In this document: piece after piece, positions 10,812 through 23,934 of the stretch
How positions within the stretch are numbered: position 1 is the stretch's first letter
How the letters are laid out: each line of letters starts with the position of its first letter
Assembly (NCBI GenBank): GCA_000934665.2
Contig: JYFJ02003556.1
Coordinates: 1 to 40,223 of the forward strand
Source of the DNA: Catajapyx aquilonaris
Taxonomy: Eukaryota
Reading direction: 5' to 3'
Length of the DNA stretch: 40,223 bases
Notes under the pieces: generated by a model
What the model was told of the DNA's origin: nothing
What the model saw: only the letters and a program-made list of their open reading frames with translations
The model's database searches: none
Translations under genes and position numbers: made by a program

Positions 10812-12913
10812 ATGGCAACCCCGCAGAGTCCAACTGAACCAATGGAACTGGAGGATAAAGCAGAAATCAAGGTGTACAAGAGGCGATGGGTAATGCTGGG
10901 CCTGTTCTGCGCCTGCAACATGTGGAACTCATTCCATTGGATACAATATTCAATCATCACGGACATCATCGTCAAATACTACTCCGTTCCTGCTTTCGCC
11001 GTCGATTGGTTGTCTTTAGTCTTCATGGTCTCCTACCTCGTGCTCATTTTCCCAATCATGTTTTTCGTCGACAAGCGAGTGAGTTACTCTATACAGTTTT
11101 TAGACACAATCAGTTGCTAACGTTTCCTTTAATGTTCCGTCTCGTTTCAGGGATTTAAACTGACAGTTCTGTTAGGAACTTTAGCCATGGCTGCAGGCAG
11201 CTGGATTAAAGTGTTCTCCGTAGCTCCAGACCGCTTCTATTTAACATTCATAGGACAGACTGTGGCTTCAATCGCTGAAGCTTTTCTGTACCGAAGTCCC
11301 CCTCGTTTTGCTGCTCTCTGGTTTGGTCCTGACCAGGTGTCCACTGCATGTTCCATTGGTGTCATCAGCTCGCAGGTAAGTCGTTAATCCAATAAGCGTG
11401 CCATCTGTAGCTCATGCAATGTCATTTGCAGTTGGGAACTGCAGCTGGATTTCTGGTCCCTACTCTTGTCGTCTCCGATTCTGCCAGCACTGAAGACATT
11501 GGGCGAGATCTGCAAGGACTGTTTTACGTCAGTAGCATTGTTGGAACTGTTCTCTTCGTTTTGGTAGTTTGCTGTAAGTGTAACCTATACAGACATGCGT
11601 ATGGTATTTTACTAGTTCACACGACTAATGAACATTATAATTCCCTTGACAGTCTTCAAAAACGAGCCTCCGACCCCTCCAAGCCCTGCTCGAGCAGCAG
11701 CGCAGTCTATTCAAGAGACAACCAAGTACAAGAAAACCATAAAGAGCATGATGACCAATTGGGGATTTGTGTTGCTGCTGCTGGCCAATTCGCTCGTTAG
11801 CTCTGCGGTTGATGCCGAAAATATTCTTCTGAATCAAATCATCCTGCTTAAATTTCCGGTAAAGCCATTCACAAAAATATAATTTCTTCTATTTCTGACA
11901 AAGTTTATGTGATTCAACAGGGCAACAACCAGAACACGGGCAGAATGGGTCTTGGAAATATCTTATGTGGAATAGTTGGCGCTTTCTTAGTTGGCATCTG
12001 GCTAGATAAGACACACCGGTTCAAGTAAGTGTATTAACGAGTAAACATTACAGTCAAAATATCTCAGTAAAATTTGCAGGATATTTCGTAATACCTGTCT
12101 CTTTCCCATCAACAGAGAAAGCGGTGTCGTCTTAAGCGGTCTTTACTTCGTCGGACTGCTGGGATTTTCTCTGAGTGTATACTACAACTTCTTGCCTTTG
12201 GTCTACGTATTTTTTCTACTCAGCGGGTACGTATTACTGACACTTAATTTTTCCTGGAACGAATTACTTCGTCACAAAAACTTGCAAAAGAATTAGCAAA
12301 AATAAGTTGTACAATCTTCGTCATTCTCGTTGCACTTTAAGCATGCTAAATGTGCCCCAATAATGCACAGGTCATGATCAGATCTAAGCAGTTATGTAAC
12401 CTCTAGAGTGCAGTATTTCCCCGCCCGTATGCAAATTACCCCTGCCGGCCGGCCCATTGGCGCTGCCTGCCTGACCATGACCGGCATGATGCATGCTCAT
12501 GAGACTCTATCACATCCTACTTCCTTTTGACTCATGCCCCGCCCGCACCTCTCTTCGCCAGCCTGTTCTACGGAGCCTACTTGTCCCTGGGGTACGAGTA
12601 CGGAGTGGAGCTGACATACCCAGAGCCGGAAGGGACACTGGGTGGTCTCCTCAACATCGGGACGTTCGTCTTAGCTGTCGGAGTAGTGTCTCTCGGTGGA
12701 TGGATCCTGAGGACATTCGGTGACCTGAGTGCGACCTTGTTCTTCGCTGGCCTTGGCCTGGTCGCCTTCGTGCTTATGTGTCTGATCAAGGGCGACCTGA
12801 AGAGGCTCAACAAGCAGAAGGAGGCAGGCGAATCCAGTTCAAATGCCACTGCCACGGACACCGCTGCTGCAACGGCAGTGAATGGCGTCAAGGACAAGCT
12901 GGCTCTGCCCTGA
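10812..12913 (+). CDS. FLVCR: FLVCR/SLC49-like MFS transporter, array copy 2 (468 aa)
   Basis: Exons 10812-11078, 11151-11375, 11432-11573, 11653-11858, 11921-12024, 12116-12226, 12562-12913, all GT-AG. Motifs: YKRRW, NSFHWIQYSII, WFGPDQVSTACSIGV, PPTPPS, WLDKTH, ELTYPEPEG, DLKR. Confidence 0.93.
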
Positions 12914-13689
12914 TTTCACTTTTGTAAGACTGACTTTGTAATTTGAATCGTTGTAAATATACAGTTATTTAATTCAAGTTGTACGCCTAGTGCATTGTAA
13001 TATTTACCACATCGATGCCATGGTGAAGGAGAAGGAAACTCGTGGCAGAAATTCCGGGAAATTCAGTACGCATGTGTTGCGCACGCCTATCATGACTCAT
13101 GCAGCCTTTTCTTACCAAATATCACCAATTCATGTCAACGTAGGCTAAAAATGAGCCATTGTGTGATGCTAAGAAACATTGAAATGTAGACTTAGGTCCG
13201 GTTGTATTTAATCGATAGTATTGTGCAAAAACATGTGAAAAACATGGACCAACGACTACTTGTTCTGAACCGGCCATCAACCGCTCAAAGGCACCTTAGA
13301 AGCTTTGTAAATTCTCTCCTGCAAATATCTATACAAAATGAAATTATATTATAGGAGCGCAAAAATTATCTTGAGGAAGCAACATGTGTGTAAGGTTATT
13401 GCACCCCAGATAATAAACTGTCTTCTGCACTAGATAATGAGGATAGGCCTGTTTGCTCTACGCATTTCGCTTTTATTCAGGTAGTCTCCGGTTCTGGTAT
13501 CTAAAGCCGGTCAGCAGCTGGACGCCGCGCCGGTGGGGATGGTAAGTCAGTTCAAATGCAATCCACGGGGGTCAAAGTATTTGTTGACTTATGGCCACAT
13601 CCTCCATTTACATAGCGTAGGGCAGATGCTTCTAGTCGTCTCTGATTTCTTGAAGCAGCAGCAGATGAGATATCCCGCAGGAAGTGACC

Positions 13690-15679
13690 ATGGCGGAGAC
13701 TGTGCCTGCGGAGATCACCCTGTACAAGAAGAGATGGGTGATGCTGGCCCTGTTCTGTGCCTGCAACGCCCTCAACTCCTTCCAGTGGTTCCAATATTCA
13801 ATTATCGCCAATATTGTAATGAGGTATTACGACGTATCGGCGGTGGCTGTCAACTGGCTCACTATGATATTCATGGTGTCATACTTGATTCTGATCTTCC
13901 CCACCATGTTCATTCTGGATAAGAAGGTGCTTTGTTTGCGGTTGGCTCTAATCCGCGCAAAATATTTTTACATTGTTTACTTTTTCCGGAATGATGACAT
14001 AAATTTTTCGATTGTTAATGACGTACAGTCTCGCACATGTTTTAGTTCCTAACGTCGACCACGGTGTAACAATTGGAAGCATTATTATGTGCTTAGCTCT
14101 ACTTTCTTGGCTATTGGCCACCTTTAGTAGTGTAAAGTTTGACTGTGCAAGTGTGCATGAGAGTATATCTTAAATCAAAGAAATATTTTGGCCTCACACA
14201 TATTTTGCCTCATTTCCAATAACCTGTCACACTCTATCACATTTTATATATTTCTCCCCCATATTTCATCCCTAGGGTTTGAAACTGACTGTCTTAATCG
14301 GCATATTGTCAATGACCATGGGAAGCTGGATCAGGGTAATGTCGGCTCAACCGGACCGATTTTACGTGACTGTGATTGGCCAGGCTGTCGGATCCATCGC
14401 CGAAGCCTTCCTCTACAGAACTCCTCCTCGACTGGCAGCACTTTGGTTCGGACCAGACGAGGTCTCCACAGCATGTTCCATCGGTGTAGTCAGTTCTCAG
14501 GTACACCGGTCCCAATCCCACACTGCAGGCTAATAAGTAATAATGTTGTTTTAATAGGTTGGAACGGCATTTGGATTTCTTCTGCCTTCAGTAATAGTGG
14601 ACAACAATGCAGAAATTGATGATATTACGTATGATCTGAGAATATTATTCTACGGGTTCAGTATTATTTGCACGGTCCTGTTGGTTTTAGTCGTGATATG
14701 TAAGTTGTTGCATCGCATTCAGTAACTGGTACTACACAATGTCACAAAACGCCTTTAGTCTTTCAGAGTGAGCCAAAAGTTCCTCCAAGTATGGCTCGTG
14801 CCTCAGCCATTACCAGTGCGGACACAGACAATTTTCAAAAGTCGATTAAAAGCATGGTCACAAACCATGGCTTCATTCTGTTGTTCTTATCCAATTCTCT
14901 CATGAGTGCTGCTGTGGACTCTGCCAATGTGCTTTTGAATCAAATCATTCTGAACAAATTTTCGGTAAGTTCAACTTGACTTGTGACGTGTAACATGACT
15001 TAACGCCTTTTCTTGCAGGATCAACAACAAACTCCGGGAAGATTAGGCCTTGGAAACATCATTCTTGGGGTCATAGGAGCATTCTTGACAGGAGTGTGGT
15101 TAGACCGATGTCACAAGTTTAAGTAAGATTCGCAATAAGTATCTTCCAATGCAGGGGAAATTATGCACATTTTACCGGCAGGTTCAGTGGTGTTATGTCC
15201 TGTGGCCTCTACTGCTTCTCTCTCATTGGCTACACATACAGCGTGTACTATGCCTTTCTGCCCATGGTTTACGTCTCATTCTTGCTCACTGGGTAAGTGA
15301 TGTGAAACCGTTGGTCGTTTTTATTACTAATGCAAATTATCGTCGCAGGTTGTTCTACGGTGCATACCTGACCATCTCGTATGAATTCAGTGTGGAACTC
15401 ACCTATCCAGAACCGGAAGGGATGATGGGAGGGCTGCTCAACATTGGAACATTCATAATGGGAGTAGCTGTGATTAACCTTGGCGGATGGATATTATCCA
15501 CGTATGGAGACTTGTGGGCAAATTACTTTTTCTCGGTCATATCCTTCGCAGCCTTGATTCTCATGCTTGGAATAAAAGAACACTTGAAAAGATTGGGAGC
15601 CCAACAGAGTGAAAAGCAAAAGCTGAACGCTAGTAAGTCATCACTTGAGGCAGGGAGCACTCCTCCTCAAGAAATATGA
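13690..15679 (+). CDS. FLVCR: FLVCR/SLC49-like MFS transporter, array copy 3 (451 aa)
   Basis: Exons 13690-13926, 14276-14500, 14558-14699, 14759-14964, 15019-15122, 15182-15292, 15349-15679. Same motifs as copy 2. AATAAA at 15833. A possible upstream ATG exon ends at 13541. Confidence 0.93.
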
Positions 15680-16072
15680 GTCAAAATTTGGGAGTGAATA
15701 GTGTGCTGGTTACTGGTATAGTGTGTGCCATAAACTCCTAGACCATCTGATAGACTGATGACAACTTGATAATTATTATAAGAAACAGATTTTGGTGTAC
15801 TATTTATCGATTAATATTGCTATTATTGTGCAAATAAAAGTACTGTATTTTGAAACATTTTGCGTTGAGGTTGCCATGAAGTATAATGTTACATCGAGCC
15901 TACCGTATCTGACACTCTGCTGACCTTAATAATTCCATCCTCTTAGCTCGGAATGAGACAATCCAATCACCTTGCACTGAAAAAACCGAAATGGTTACGG
16001 TAACCAAAACTATTTGGTTGAGTGAGATTTGGTTGCTTTCACCAAAATCTTGGCTGAATTGAAAAAACAGAA

Positions 16073-16157
16073 TTGGTTGAAGTATAACCAAAACATTTTG
16101 GTTGAAGTATAACCAAAACATTTTGGTTGAAGTATAACCAAAACATTTTGGTTGAAG
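16073..16157. repeat. 25-bp minisatellite, ~3.4 copies (TTGGTTGAAGTATAACCAAAACATT)
   Basis: Units start at 16073, 16098, 16123 and 16148 (partial). Each unit contains a small TTGGTT...AACCAA hairpin. Confidence 0.9.
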
Positions 16158-16243
16158 GGTGAAGGGCCTATGCGATCGTTTCAACCAAAACCTTAGCTAC
16201 TACAACCAAATGTACACCATGTCAACGAAAATTTTGGTTACAT

Positions 16244-16307
16244 CAACCAAATATTTTTGTAGAACGACAACCAAATATTTTTGTAGAACGACAACCAAAT
16301 ATTTTTG
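16244..16307. repeat. 24-bp minisatellite, ~2.7 copies (CAACCAAATATTTTTGTAGAACGA)
   Basis: Units start at 16244, 16268 and 16292. Confidence 0.9.
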
Positions 16308-16719
16308 GTTACTTCAACCAAATTTTTAGCAGGTTCTATATTAACCTTCCTATTTGGTTGAATTAAACATTTTTTTGGTTTGTTCAACTATATATTTTTT
16401 TTGAGTGTGCATATGAACTAAACCTGACAATGGCAACTACATACTAATAAAGTAATAAGTATATATTTTCCTAATGGCCATGCTGCAGAGGCTAGTGCGG
16501 TATTTTCTACTAAAATTATAGTGTTATTAACAGTTTAGAAATTCAGATTCAAGTATCTGATATCGGCTAATCTTCAATAATAATCTGAACATATCTTGAT
16601 AAGTTATTAGTACAATGAACTGATTAAAAGAAGTAGTTATTGTCTATTCCCTTGTACCAATCCTGTACCTATCAGTCGATAAGTAGGCGAACAAAGAGGA
16701 TACACGTGCATACCGAGCA

Positions 16720-19117
16720 ATGGAACTAGGGCAGCAGCAGCATTTCAAGTTATACAGAAGAAGATGGATAATGCTGGGACTTTTCAGTGCTTGTACTCTG
16801 TTGGAAGCATTTCAGTGGTTCCAGTACTCGTCTATTGCCAACCTCATCGTTAAGTATTACGGAGTGTCGTACCTGGCGGTCGGCTGGTTATACACGATAC
16901 TCAACTGTGTGTATATGACTTTCATTCTCCCTGCTGTATTTTTCATTGACAAAAAGGTAACTTCAACTGTTTCCTAATATTTTCTGTCTCATTATATACG
17001 TATACTACATAAATTTATCTCTCACAGTACCCATTTTTTTCAGAGTCTCAAGACGGCCATAATTCTGGGGATCTTGTCTATAACTATTGGAAGTTGGATC
17101 AGAGTCATAGCGGTGTCTCCCGATCGCTTTTACTTGACAGTAATAGGTCAAGGTATAGGGTCACTGGCTGAGGTATTCTTAGGCAGGAATATACTCCGAG
17201 TTGCGGTGCTTTGGTTTGGCCCCAAAGAAGTGGCTACTGCTGCAGCCATTGCCAGTCTGTGTATGCAGGTAATGTTGCAAGTTTAACGAAGTCATCAAAA
17301 CCGCAAATAAACAAATGACAAATTAATGACCTACTGTACATGTCAATCACGTTCTTGATATAATCTATAGCAATCCTTGTAAACGATCGTAAAGAAAGTT
17401 ATAATAGGAATGCACAGTATATTTATTGCCATAATATGTTTCCTACACGTAAAATTTTGTCATGTGTTAATAATAATTACATATTGAATGAAAGCATTTA
17501 GCTGTTAGTATATTCAGAGTAATTTCAGCACAGTATATTAATTTCTTGTTACATATAGGTTGGAGTATCCATAGGCATGCTATTGCCATCGGTAATGGTC
17601 AAAGATCATAAACGCATCGATGAAATAGGACACGACTTGAGAATATTCATGTTCACTTACAGCATCGCCGCCTCTGCAGTACTTATCTTGATTTGCGTAT
17701 GTAAGTTACATGAAACATCACACACCATTGGTGATACTTGCGATATGCAGAGTAATTTTTCTCTTGCAGTTTTCCAAAGTGTACCACCAACTCCTCCTGG
17801 TGTCTCAAGTGAAACCGAGGTCGAAAAAGGAAAGGAAAGGAACTACAAGAAGTCCCTATTGAGAATACTGACCAATCGTCACTTCATGCTTCTTATTCTT
17901 TCGAACTCGTTGGTGACTGCCACGTCAGACACTCAAAATGTGATGATTAATGAGATTATTCTGAAGAAATTTGGCAAAGTATACGATTTTGAATTACCTC
18001 AATAAATGTCGGTTTTACTAGTCTTTCTTATTGCCATCAAATCCATACTATATGGTCCACCAGAAAATTATGAAAAATATGACACAATAAAATAATAGTG
18101 ATTCACCTCTTCACACTGGTTTCTATTCCCGGACCAGTGTCTAGCATGTGTAAATACGGTACATGCTAATACCCACTCGGATTGCTCGACCACTTGTGTC
18201 GAACTGACTAAAGTCATAATTATGTTATTGTACAGAGGTGTGACGTCTGCAACTCTATACATCCCTCTATATATGTAAATCATTATAATCTTGCTTTCAT
18301 TTCCTTTCAGGACTATCAACAGACACCTGGTAATTTGGGACTTATAACACAAATATGTGCAGCAGCAGCCCAATTGCTAATGGGCTTGTGGCTGGATCAC
18401 ACCAATACTTACAAGTACGCTGCTGCGTGTTAGGGAAACATGGCTTATAAGTATGCACGTGTCCCCGACTTTATTACGGTTTTATTGGGACATATGTCCT
18501 TCCATAATTTAAATAAGTGGGAAGAAATGTTAATTTCTTTCCACTTTTTGAAGTGGAGATGCCGAAAGTGTACCTGCTCATTATTTTTAAAGATCCAGCT
18601 CAGCAGTTGTTAGCAGCATACTTGTCTTCTCTCAACTGGTCTACACTTACGGCGTTTATTGGGCACAAATGCCGATGGTTTATGCTGGTTGCGTGTTCTT
18701 CGGGTAAGTGTTGGTTGACATGAGCACAATAATTAAAAATTAATCAAATTATCCGGTAAATTATTTCTTTACAGATTGAGCTACGGCATGTTCCTATCTG
18801 CTTCCCTTCCGTTTGGAATAGAACTGGCCTTTCCAGAGCCGGAAGGAATGGTCGGAGGATTCTTCAGCGTCGGAGTTATGGTGGTGGAAATAGTTTTCAT
18901 AAACATCGGAAATATGATCCTGTCGAACATTGGAGGCATGTGGGCCAACACCTACGTGTGTGGTATGGCAGCCTTTGCATTTTTTTCACTTATGGCTGTG
19001 AAAGAAGACCTGAAAAGAGTAGCAGCCAATAAAGAATATCAGGCCTCATCAAACCGATTGATCAACGCTAATGGTAATGGAGGCGTCTCTGAAGAGCGAA
19101 TTGTTAGCCACATGTGA
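16720..19117 (+). CDS. FLVCR: FLVCR/SLC49-like MFS transporter, array copy 4 (456 aa)
   Basis: Exons 16720-16956, 17044-17268, 17559-17700, 17770-17978, 18311-18414, 18593-18703, 18775-19117. Motifs: YRRRW, EAFQWFQY, WFGPKEV, ELAFPEPEG. AATAAA at 19242. Confidence 0.92.
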
Positions 19118-19313
19118 AGAGGCACGCACACTAGCATTTTCTAAAATTTAAATATAGTCTACTGTGTAAGAGGTGGTTACCACGATGCGATTATTCAAAC
19201 GCTATTAAAGACGATACTGGCAGAAATACTTTCAATGTGGAAATAAACGAACACTTGTCACTTGTTTTGAAATTTTCACTAATATTCTCTTACACAACCA
19301 CCTCTAATAGATG

Positions 19314-19928
19314 AATCTGTCTAATGGCACCTACCTAGCATTATACTGCACCAATCCTGCATTTTAATCACATTATAATATCAAGTATTTTCACCCATGA
19401 TGATAAATGCACAGGAGTGATGCAGATACACGTGTCTGATTTTGCCATGTCAGCTATTATTATTAAATTACTACCCGTAGCTTTAGTCCTGGACCTAAGC
19501 GCAAAACTCAGGCCTAACTTTGGACATTGTGGTAAGAAGGTGCCACTTGGTACTGTACACATGTTCCCTAAGCTTATAAGAGCCATTTGAGAGTTTGCAC
19601 CACCTGATCGGCCCCTTAAGTCACGAGTAATACGGTATTGCCAACCTGGTCTGGGTTGTTAACTTTGCACTTTGTTATAAGAAGGTATCACTTGGCACAC
19701 TTGTTCCCTAGATCTGTACGAGCCATGTAAGAGATGGCGCCAGACCAGCCTAATAAGTGAATCTCTCTAATGGTAACAACCCAACATTACACCAGACCTG
19801 CATTATCCTCATCATTATAATATTCAGGTGTTTTCACCAATGATGATCAATGCAGGTGAGTGATGCATATGCTTGATTTTGCCATGTCAGCCATTAATAA
19901 TGCCTACCCGTAGCTTGGCATTAGTCCA
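19314..19928 (+). repeat. Diverged ~170-bp direct repeat between copies 4 and 5
   Basis: ~19314-19490 aligns with ~19760-19928 (GAATCT.TCTAATGG, CATTATAATAT, TTTTCACC.ATGATGAT, TGATTTTGCCATGTCAGC, CTACCCGTAGCTT). Confidence 0.75.
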
Positions 19929-20033
19929 ATGAACTGATAGGAAACAAGGCATTGTCTGCTCCCTCAGTGCACTAAACTTGTACACATCAGTTGACAGTAG
20001 ACTGACAAGCAGAATACGAGCGTATATCGAGCA

Positions 20034-22993
20034 ATGGAGCATTTCAAAGTATACCGGAAGCGATGGATAATGCTGGGACTTTTCAGTGCTTGTACTCTGT
20101 TGGAAGCATTTCAGTGGTTCCAGTACTCGTCAATCGCCAACCTCATCGTTAAGTATTATGGAGTGTCGTACCTGGCAGTGGACTGGTTATACACGATACT
20201 CAACTGTGTGTATGTGACTTTCATTCTGCCTGCTGTATTTTTCATTGACAAAAAGGTACGTATCTTCAACTGTTTCCTAATATTTCGTGTCTCATTATAT
20301 ACGTATACGGCATGAAACTTATTTTACAATAGTAATTATTTGCAGAGTCTGAAGACTTCCATAATTCTGGGAATCTTGTGTATGACTGTTGGAGGTTGGA
20401 TCAGAGTCATAGCGGTGTCTCCTGATCGCTTTTACTTGGCAGTCATAGGTCAAGGTATAGGGTCACTGGCCGAGGTCTTCATAGGCAGAAATATACTCCG
20501 AGTTGCGGTGCTTTGGTTCGGCCCCAAAGAGGTGGCTACTGCTGCTGCCATTGCCACTCTATTCATGCAGGTAATATGTTGCTACGAAATTAGCGTTATT
20601 CTCTGACGTCTTTCCCTTAAAGTAAACATCTCGTTTTGAAGTGCAGTATACATTCTGCAGATATCGCCGAACCTTCACTATATCAACAAATTTATTGCAG
20701 TATCAGTGAAACACCCCTTAATCTATTTGACAAGGGCACATGCATTGTAATACGGTGCCTCGTAGCAAATTTGTTTTCATTTAATTTATGGGGTGACTAT
20801 AGCAGCGGAACCCGTTCTTTGCACGGGGATTGAATGAATGAATGAATGAATGAGCTAAGTCAGAGGTGTCAAACCCCAACCCGAAAGGAGATGACCTGCA
20901 CCCAGCCCCCGAACGGAATATATCGAATGCGGGGTCTGATCGCACGCCCAGCTGTTGGGATTTGGAACCGTTTGTTGACCTCTATATCAAACCCTAGACA
21001 ACCGGCTGTTGGTCTATTATTTTAGAAGGTTTGTTTCGGTTTATTTGTAAGTGAAGAGGGGAAGGAGGCGGATAGGGTATTGTCATGGCAACAGTTTTTG
21101 TAGATGAGACAGCAAGATAAAGAAGACGAGACATCCTGAATTGTTGGCGTTCAGACTCCAAAAGTTAGGATTTCGGACTTTTCCCACAATCGGGGAAGAA
21201 TCATATCAGTGTGCAAAGTTTGAGCTCTGTCAGAGGTGTGGAAGTATAGGTTAGGTAGCCCGGACATACAAACCAACAATTCAAAAAATCTTTGCTTTAT
21301 AATAATACTGATTGTGCAGTTATTCATATGCTGGCATTTTCATACGATCTGCGTTTAGATTGACTAGACAGTACTAATTTCACGTAATAGCTCAACAATA
21401 ATTTTCTTTTCTATACTTAAATGAGTTATGACCGTTTTCTCATATTCCCCACAGTTCCTATTATTCCTAATAATAAAAATGAGATACTGTACGCTCAAAT
21501 TTTTCCTTAGGTTGGGCAATCCATTGGCTTCATATTGCCATCGGTAATAGTCAAGGATCATAAGCACATTGATGAAATAGGACACGACTTGAAAACATTC
21601 ATGTTCACTTATAGCATCACCGCATCTGCAGTACTTATTTTGATTTGCGTATGTAAGTTATATGAAACACCATTTGTGATACTTGCGATATGCAGAGTAA
21701 GTTACTAACGTAATTTTTCTCTTGCAGTTTTCGAAAGTGTACCACCAACTCCTCCTGGTGTCTCAAGTGAAACCGAGTTCGAAAAAGGAAAGGAGAGAAA
21801 CTACATGAAGTCCATATTGAGTATACTGACCAATCGTTACTTCATGCTACTTATTCTTTCGAACTCGTTGCTGAATGCCACGTCCGACGCTTCAAGTGTG
21901 ATGATGAATGAGATGATTCTGAACAAATTTGGAAAAGTACGGTTCTGTTTTACATAAACAAATCCCGGTTTTACCTCTGCAGACTGATTTCGATTATTGG
22001 GCTAGATATCCGTCATTTGATGTAAAGATTTTATGCTACTCGCATTTCTTGACCATTTCCGCTTCGTTACATTTTATGCATATAAGGAGTTGTGGAGCCT
22101 AGGTATCCCTTCAATCTGCATACATAAAAATTATTATTCTCTGTTCATTTACTTCCAGGAATACCAGCAGACACCTGGAATATTGGGACTTATATCCCCA
22201 ATTTGTGCAGCAATAACACCACCTTTAATTGGCTTGTGGCTGGATCACACCAACGCTTACAAGTATGCTATACATGGAACATGGCGAACACATTATTGTG
22301 TGCACGCGTCCATGATTTTGATGAATTATTTACCTCTGAGCAGAACTCCATGATTGCTCAAGTATTATGTCGTGTTATGTAGTACTACTGAAATCGCAAT
22401 ATAAGACCATCTTAGACATGAAGGCATTAAACAAGAAACTAATGAAACATACAACTGCTTATTTTCAAAGAACCAGTGCAGCAGTCGTTAGCAGCTTCTT
22501 TTTCTACTCTCAAATGATCTACATGTATGGAATTAATTTAGTACAAATGCCGCTGGTTTACGCTGGTTCTATATGCCTCGGGTAAGTGTCGGTAAGCATG
22601 AACACATTTCAAGAGTGATAAAAAATAATATTGTGAGAGAAATGGTTGTATTGCAGATTGAGCTACGGTATGTGGGCGTCTGCGGCCCTTCCTTTTGGGA
22701 TAGAGCTGGCCTTTCCCGAGCCAGAGGGAGTGATCGGAGGATTCGTCAGTGTCGGAATTATGGCAGTGGAAATAGTTGTCATTAACATCGGAAGTTTGAT
22801 ACTGTCAAACTTTGGAGGATTGTGGGCCAACACCTACTTGTGTGGTGTGGCAGCCTTTGCATTTCTGTCACTTGTGGCTGTGAAAGAAGACCTGAAAAGA
22901 GTGGCAGCAAACGAAGAATATCAGGCCAGAATATCAATCAACACAACTGGTAATGGAGGTGTCTGTGAAGAGCATATTGTTAACCACACCTAA
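20034..22993 (+). CDS. FLVCR: FLVCR/SLC49-like MFS transporter, array copy 5 (449 aa; closest paralog of copy 4)
   Basis: Exons 20034-20255, 20346-20570, 21511-21652, 21728-21936, 22159-22262, 22471-22581, 22657-22993 splice in frame. Confidence 0.92.
20797..21311 (-). mobile_element. Non-autonomous Helitron in intron 2 of copy 5
   Basis: The minus strand starts A|TCAGTATTATTATAAAGC and ends with the hairpin CCCGTGCAAAGAACGGG followed by ...CTATAG|T. It contains (TGAA)n. It has no counterpart in the shorter intron 2 of copy 4. Confidence 0.65.
20831..20853. repeat. (TGAA)n microsatellite
   Basis: About 5.75 perfect units. Confidence 0.9.
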
Positions 22994-23934
22994 ACAGACT
23001 CTTGCACTTTTGCGTCTTGTGAAGTTTCATATTGTATATATGATGGGGTTGTTAAACTGCTGTTTAAACTGCAACCTTAGCATAATACTCGTATGTCTCT
23101 ACAACAGATATGCTCGTTCCCAAGGTTCATTTGCCTCCATACGTATTCGTTAATTCAATTTTATTCCACGCTAACTGCTACGGTATACTAATATGAAGAT
23201 ATCATTCAAATCCGTTGAACGAGGGAATCGCGAGCTTGGGACCTTGGCAAAATCGATGTTTATGCAATAAATATTATCTAAATCACTTTTAAGTAAGATG
23301 ATGTTGCATTTTAAAAACTGTGAAATAAATTCTGTGATTTGAAGACAAGTTGTTACATAACCATTGGGGGAGTCAGCATCTCCTCTAACTACTGCCATTC
23401 ATTTCCCACATGAAGAGGACGTAAGTCACTCTCATAATAGTGACGTACTTACAGTCCTTCCCGGACAAAACTACTACAATGCCTCTCTGAAGATAATAGC
23501 GTGACAGATCTGTGCTACCCATGCAATTACTCGAGAGCTACTGTGCGTATTCAGGTAGTCAAGGGCACCATTCCCTGGGAGAATTGGAGGCAATCGCATG
23601 TTGCTGCACAGACGCTCTTATCGCGCTCAACGGTACCAATCGACCTGATAATAATTTTGTTGGAGCTTCAACTTGAATGAGGTGGGTTCGTTGACACAAT
23701 ATTTTACTGAAATTCCACCCGTTTTGGTGGCCTAAAAATGAACGTAATTCGCTTAAACGTGCGTGTTAATGATCAGAATTCGCCCATATCTGTAAGCTTT
23801 TATGGCAAATCTGGAATCAACCTGTGTCTCATCATTTGGCACTCGTCCAAATTATTATCCTGCATATATAGGAATCCTCTCGTGATAGGTAGTACCCACA
23901 CGTCGATGAGGTACAGGCAAGATCATAACGAACA

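Larger units (their letters stand above)
15975..16407. mobile_element. Non-autonomous CACTA/CMC-like element with internal tandem repeats
   Basis: Termini CACTGAAAAAA...TTTTTTGAGTG are flanked by TG on both sides. The interior is built from TTGGTT/AACCAA motifs. Confidence 0.65.

Noticed and set aside
12577..12897. Antisense ORFs over exons (also 5006-5290, 26285-26629, 31491-31808, 32796-33200)
   Set aside because: These are shadows of sense-strand codon usage, with no independent protein features.
16073..16307. Palindromic 24-25-bp repeats resembling a CRISPR array
   Set aside because: The units are contiguous with no unique spacers, there are no cas genes, the context is eukaryotic, and they lie inside a TIR element.
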